A stretch of DNA of 19,523 nucleotides from Candidatus Altiarchaeota archaeon (GTDB lineage: Archaea; Altiarchaeota; Altiarchaeia; IMC4; SCGC-AAA252-I15), in assembly GCA_043800705.1 (NCBI GenBank), contig JAZDMS010000037.1:1-19523 (forward strand), given 5' to 3'. Made by a program: the position numbers and the translations under genes. Below are positions 15,542 to 19,523 of this stretch, one piece after another. Each line of letters starts with the position of its first letter. Within the stretch, counting starts at the first letter, position 1. The notes under the pieces are model-generated. The model did not search any database. It was not told where the DNA came from and was given only the letters and a program-made list of their open reading frames with translations.

Positions 15542-16927
15542 TTAGATCGTGTTCTTCGCTTTTCTGGCGGCGCTCAGGCCGCGTCTTCCGAGGCCCCGTA
15601 GGGCGTCGCTCGACCAGAACCCGTATGCGATGGGTGCGAGGGGCCCGAACCGCTTCCTGAAGTTGCGCTTCAGGGAGAATTTCGATGCGACATTCAACGC
15701 CCTTACCCGCTCATCGAGGGGGAATTCCTTCGTCTCGAATACGGGGGCGCTTCGCTGGTGGCTTCTGCCGTTCAGGTAGGATTCCATCGGCTCGAGGAAT
15801 GTGCCGTTCTTGGCGACCCATTCGTAGAATTCGGTGCCGGGATATGGCATCGCGTTGTAGAACCTGGTCTCGTCGAGTGGGAGGCCTTTGGCAAACTTGA
15901 CCGAGTCCATGGCTGTCTCGTACGTCTCCTCCGGGGTCCCGATTATGAAGAAGCCGCTTGCGCGCAGGCGCACGGACTTCGCGGCGTGGACGGCTTTCGT
16001 GACCTGTTCGAGTGTTATGCCCTTCTTCATCGCGTCGAGGACCTTCTGGTTCCCGGATTCTATGCCGAAGGCGACGAAGAAGCAACCTGCGTCCTTCATC
16101 TTCTTAAGGAGCGGCTTGTCGACGCGGTCGACCCTTACCCCGTTTCTCAGGTCCCACTTGATGTCCAGCCTCTCGTCTATGATCATGTCGCATATCTTCC
16201 CTGCGCGCTCCATGTCGAGGGTGAAGTTGTCGTCCGTGAACTGGAAGTCCCTGTAGCCCCTGTCGTACCATTTCCTTATCTCGCCCACTACGTTCTCCGG
16301 GCTTCTTGGCCTCCATGTGCAGCTCATCGTCAGCCTGATGGAGCAGTAGACGCACTGGTATGGGCAGCCGCGCGACGAGACGATTGGAATCTGCTTGTTG
16401 TCGTACGCGTCAAGGTCGAAGACGTCGTATGCGGGATAGGGGAGGGCGTCGAGGTCCCGGATCGGCTGTGCCTTCTTGTTTCTGACAATGCCTTCCTTCC
16501 CCCGCCATATGAGGTTTTCGATCCCGTCGGGGGGTTCCTCCCGGCACAGGGACAGGATAGTGTTCTCCCCTTCCGCGACGACGGCGTAGTCTGCCCCGGT
16601 CTTTGCCATGAGGTCGTCGCCCATCACGGAGACGTGGGGGCCGCCTGCGACGAGCGGAAGGTCGAGGGCCTCTTTCAGTGCGTTGATGACCTCGTACGAG
16701 CGCAGATATTCGAGGGTGTACGTTGTGACTCCGACGATGTCGGGCTTGAACTTTTTAGCGCGGGCTATGACCGAGCCGATGCCTGTTCCGAGGCGCATGT
16801 CGACCGCGTCCGACTCCACACCATCTTCGCGCAACGATGCGACCAGGTACGATATCCCGATATGGGGGTAGCCAGGCCTTCCGTAGTCGCCCTTTGACGG
16901 CGGAACGACGAAGAGGACCCGTTCCAT
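15542..16927 (-). CDS. Cobalamin-binding domain radical SAM protein
   Basis: N-terminal B12-binding-like domain (PHIGISYLVASL, VAGGPHVS, VVAEGE), SSRGCPYQCVYC (CX3CX2C), FTDDNF, GIESG and PYPGT. Confidence 0.93.
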   Translation of the reverse strand: MERVLFVVPPSKGDYGRPGYPHIGISYLVASLREDGVESDAVDMRLGTGIGSVIARAKKFKPDIVGVTTYTLEYLRSYEVINALKEALDLPLVAGGPHVSVMGDDLMAKTGADYAVVAEGENTILSLCREEPPDGIENLIWRGKEGIVRNKKAQPIRDLDALPYPAYDVFDLDAYDNKQIPIVSSRGCPYQCVYCSIRLTMSCTWRPRSPENVVGEIRKWYDRGYRDFQFTDDNFTLDMERAGKICDMIIDERLDIKWDLRNGVRVDRVDKPLLKKMKDAGCFFVAFGIESGNQKVLDAMKKGITLEQVTKAVHAAKSVRLRASGFFIIGTPEETYETAMDSVKFAKGLPLDETRFYNAMPYPGTEFYEWVAKNGTFLEPMESYLNGRSHQRSAPVFETKEFPLDERVRALNVASKFSLKRNFRKRFGPLAPIAYGFWSSDALRGLGRRGLSAARKAKNTI

Positions 16928-16929
16928 GC

Positions 16930-17784
16930 TCAGCCCCCCCTCAGCAGTCTGATGAATCCCCTGACATTCCCCGCCACCGTCAGCGCCTCGTAGGCGAGAC
17001 CGAGCGGGGCAAGGCCGAGGGGGTAACGCATCAGGACTATGACAGGCAGCGCCACGGTCTTGACCGCCGTCCTTGCCATCTCATGCGCCATGCTCTTTCC
17101 CATCTTCCTCTTGTACCTGATTATCTCGCTGCCGTGCAGGTACGCCCGCCTGAATATCCTGCCGAGGGTCTGCGAATGGTGGTGGACTATCTCGATCCCC
17201 GGCTCGTAGAGGATCTTGTGCCCTTTGAGCGTTACCTTCCTGCACAGGTCGTAGTCCTCCGCCGACGCGTTCCTGAACTCCTCGTCGAATCCTCCGGCCT
17301 CCTCGAATACCCCCCTCTTGAAGGCGAGGTTGCAGCTCGGGAGCTCTGTCACGAATTTCCTCGCGCGGCCGTAGAGGCGCTCCCGCCTCGCCTGCTCGAA
17401 TCGTTCTGCGAGTGACCGTTCCGATGAGGGCTTCATGCTTCCCCCGACGGCGTCTACGGAGTCCAGCTCGGCGGCCACCCTCTTCAGCCAGTCCTTCGGA
17501 ACGACGCAATCGGAGTCGGTGAATATGATCACGTCCCCTTTCGAGCTCTTGACTCCAAGGTTCCTTGCCGCCGCGGGGCCTTCGTGTTTGGCTTCGACGA
17601 GTCTCACCTGCGGATAGGATCTGATGATGCCCCTTGTCCCGTCCGTGGAGCCGTCGTCGACTAAGACGAGTTCCAGGCTGTCTGTGGGCCAGTCGAGGGC
17701 AAGAAGAGATTTAACGCAGTCCTCGATAGTCGCCTCGGCGTTGTATGCCGGGACGATCACCGAAACTTTTGGCTCGTTCACCAT
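16930..17784 (-). CDS. Glycosyltransferase family 2 (GT-A)
   Basis: Motifs VSVIVPAYNAE, VDDGSTD, GPAAARNLG, FTDSDC (DxD), GGFDE and EDYDL. Confidence 0.94.
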   Translation of the reverse strand: MVNEPKVSVIVPAYNAEATIEDCVKSLLALDWPTDSLELVLVDDGSTDGTRGIIRSYPQVRLVEAKHEGPAAARNLGVKSSKGDVIIFTDSDCVVPKDWLKRVAAELDSVDAVGGSMKPSSERSLAERFEQARRERLYGRARKFVTELPSCNLAFKRGVFEEAGGFDEEFRNASAEDYDLCRKVTLKGHKILYEPGIEIVHHHSQTLGRIFRRAYLHGSEIIRYKRKMGKSMAHEMARTAVKTVALPVIVLMRYPLGLAPLGLAYEALTVAGNVRGFIRLLRGG

Positions 17785-19283
17785 TGTTTTTTTGACTTCG
17801 CTTTCGCGACCCTTGATGCGGCGCGGTGCAGCAGCTTGAAGGTGCCGAGGCCGTGCCTGCGGAAGGTGTCAGTCAGCTTGAACGCCGTCCACTTCGGCTC
17901 GGTCAGGGCCTTCTTCAGGTATAGCTGGTAGATTAGGTAGTTGTTCGCGTACTGCGATGCTTTTTTTAGGTCGTCCTGTGTGAGCTCCTCCGTGGACACG
18001 ACGGGCTTGTCCTGTATGTAGTGTATGTTGCTGAAGTCGTCCCAGCATTTCGCGTGCAGGAGGCCTTTGTCCTTGGCGTAGTCGTAGTATTGCGTGCCGG
18101 GCAGCGGAGTGCATACGGAGACCTGGTATGAGTCAGGCCTGATACCGAGCAGGTAGTCGTAGGTCTCGCCGACCGTGTTCTTCGTCTCCCCCGGCAGGCC
18201 TATCATGAACGTTGCATGGGTGCGTATGCCGATCTCCTTGCACCATTTGAATACGTTCTTCACATGTTCCAGGTCCTGGCCTTTCCTGTTGGCAAGGTCG
18301 AGGATCTTCCTAGACCCTGATTCGACGCCGAACTTAAGCGCCTCGCAGCCTGCGTCGTGCATCGTCGTGAGGAGCTCCTTGGTCGCCGGTACCGGCGAAC
18401 ACATCGCCCCCCATATCTTTCCGATGCCGCTCTCCTTGTACGCCTTGCAGAATTCCACGACCTTATCGGGGTTGAGGTTGAACGTGTCGTCGTCGAAGTA
18501 CAGTTCGCGGGCCTTGTATTTCTCCACGACGTGCCTGCATTCCTCCACGACCAGTTCCGGCTTCCTGAAGCGGAAGTTCAATCCGCCGTACATGACAGGA
18601 GGCCACAGGCAGTATACGCAGCCGAACGTGCATCCCCGGCTCTGTATGAGCTGGGCGTTGGGGGTCTGCATGAACGGCTCGCAGTAGTTTTCCATGTTCA
18701 TGAGGTGCCTTGCGGGATAAGGCAGCTCGTTGAGGTCTATGAGGGGGCGCCGCTTGTTGACTCTTGCGGATCCGCCCTCCCTGTATGCGAGGCCGAGGAC
18801 GTCGGCGTGCTTCATCGCACCTGCCAGCGCCTTCGCCGTGTCGCGGCAGGTGTATTCGTATTCGCCCATGAGTATGTAGTCCACCTGCCTGTTTTCGAGG
18901 ATCTCCTTCGGGAACGTGGTCACGTGCGGGCCGCAGAGTGCGATCTTCGTGTCGAGCTCGTCCTTGATCGCCTGTGCGGTCCTCAGGTCGAAGTTGATGG
19001 AGGGCGTGGAGGACTCCATGACGAGGAGGCCGGGCTTGTAAGCCTTCAGGTCGGAGATGAACTTTTTCTTGCTCTCCCCGGCAGTCAGGGGGTCCATGAC
19101 GCGGACCTCGAAGCCCTCCTTCTCGCAGACTGCTGCGGCGTACGCCATGAAGAAAGGGAACGGGGAATAGCCGGTCCTGTCGCCTTCCTCGTCGAATTCC
19201 CCGTGGGGCCAGCGGCTGCCAGCCCTGACGGCATGGCCTTCATCGAACCATGGCGGATTGGCTATCGCAACCTTCATCACCAT
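17778..19283 (-). CDS. Cobalamin-binding domain radical SAM protein (HpnJ-like N-terminus)
   Basis: N-terminal RAGSRWP and PFFMAYAAAV, GPHVT, GEYE, SRGCTFGCVYC, FDDDTF, GVESG and PLPGT. Start at 19283 or 19277. Confidence 0.92.
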   Translation of the reverse strand: MVMKVAIANPPWFDEGHAVRAGSRWPHGEFDEEGDRTGYSPFPFFMAYAAAVCEKEGFEVRVMDPLTAGESKKKFISDLKAYKPGLLVMESSTPSINFDLRTAQAIKDELDTKIALCGPHVTTFPKEILENRQVDYILMGEYEYTCRDTAKALAGAMKHADVLGLAYREGGSARVNKRRPLIDLNELPYPARHLMNMENYCEPFMQTPNAQLIQSRGCTFGCVYCLWPPVMYGGLNFRFRKPELVVEECRHVVEKYKARELYFDDDTFNLNPDKVVEFCKAYKESGIGKIWGAMCSPVPATKELLTTMHDAGCEALKFGVESGSRKILDLANRKGQDLEHVKNVFKWCKEIGIRTHATFMIGLPGETKNTVGETYDYLLGIRPDSYQVSVCTPLPGTQYYDYAKDKGLLHAKCWDDFSNIHYIQDKPVVSTEELTQDDLKKASQYANNYLIYQLYLKKALTEPKWTAFKLTDTFRRHGLGTFKLLHRAASRVAKAKSKKQW

Positions 19284-19325
19284 CTATATGGCTGTGCCGG
19301 TTTAATAAGGTCGGCTAAGAATTAG

Positions 19326-19523
19326 TCAGGTTTTCCTAAGTTTGAAGATTATCTGGTCTATCCTCGTGCCGGGTAAGAAGGCCCCGACAAGCGACGATGC
19401 AGGCTTCACGATGAACCTGTTTCTGGAGACGTCGGGCAGGTTGATACCCTCGACCTTCATGACCTCCATTCCAGCCTCCCTGAGGACGGTCTTGAAATCA
19501 TCGGTGCAGAATATGTGCATGTG
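19326..19523 (-). CDS. C-terminal part of a probable class I SAM-dependent methyltransferase (partial)
   Basis: Open to the window end. HMHIFCTDDFKTVLREAGMEVMKV resembles the HxxxFxxxxLxxLLxxAGFxV tail of SAM methyltransferases. Same strand as the operon. Confidence 0.55.
   Translation of the reverse strand, partial: HMHIFCTDDFKTVLREAGMEVMKVEGINLPDVSRNRFIVKPASSLVGAFLPGTRIDQIIFKLRKT

Noticed and set aside
15542-19283. RiPP or hopanoid biosynthetic cluster
   Set aside because: No precursor peptide, SPASM/RRE features or squalene-hopene cyclase is visible. The context is glycosyltransferases and a flippase.
7569-19325. Long antisense ORFs (7569-8615, 8834-9889, 15758-16897, 18357-19325 and others)
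   Set aside because: They are mirror frames of well-supported genes, expected from GC-rich third codon positions, and have no recognisable motifs.

Overview
Archaeal chromosomal window (ribosomal proteins L40e and S17e, archaeal-type initiator tRNA, TATA-box promoters; an Altiarchaeota/DPANN-related source is a guess, not shown). From 1 to 5400 it carries the right end of an IS481-like element that interrupts an AT-rich gene start, tRNA-iMet(CAT), rpl40e, a membrane-anchored OB-fold gene coupled to a solo Cas4-like nuclease, rps17e, sppA, two hypothetical genes, tRNA-Gly(GCC) and a DUF2179-type membrane protein. From 5453 to the end is a large surface-glycosylation locus: a polyprenyl-phosphate GlcNAc-1-P transferase, four GT4 enzymes, an HddA-like kinase, a flippase, an AsnB-like amidotransferase, a GT2, two cobalamin-binding radical SAM enzymes and a partial probable methyltransferase. 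The most unusual signal is non-coding: both tRNA genes are flanked by tandem structured repeats built from their own ends. Two hairpin-rich units start with the first 19 nt of tRNA-iMet. Two hairpins end in the 3' end of tRNA-Gly, one resembling an acceptor+T-stem minihelix. No CRISPR array or cas1/cas2 is visible. All calls come from manual motif reading, with no database searches.
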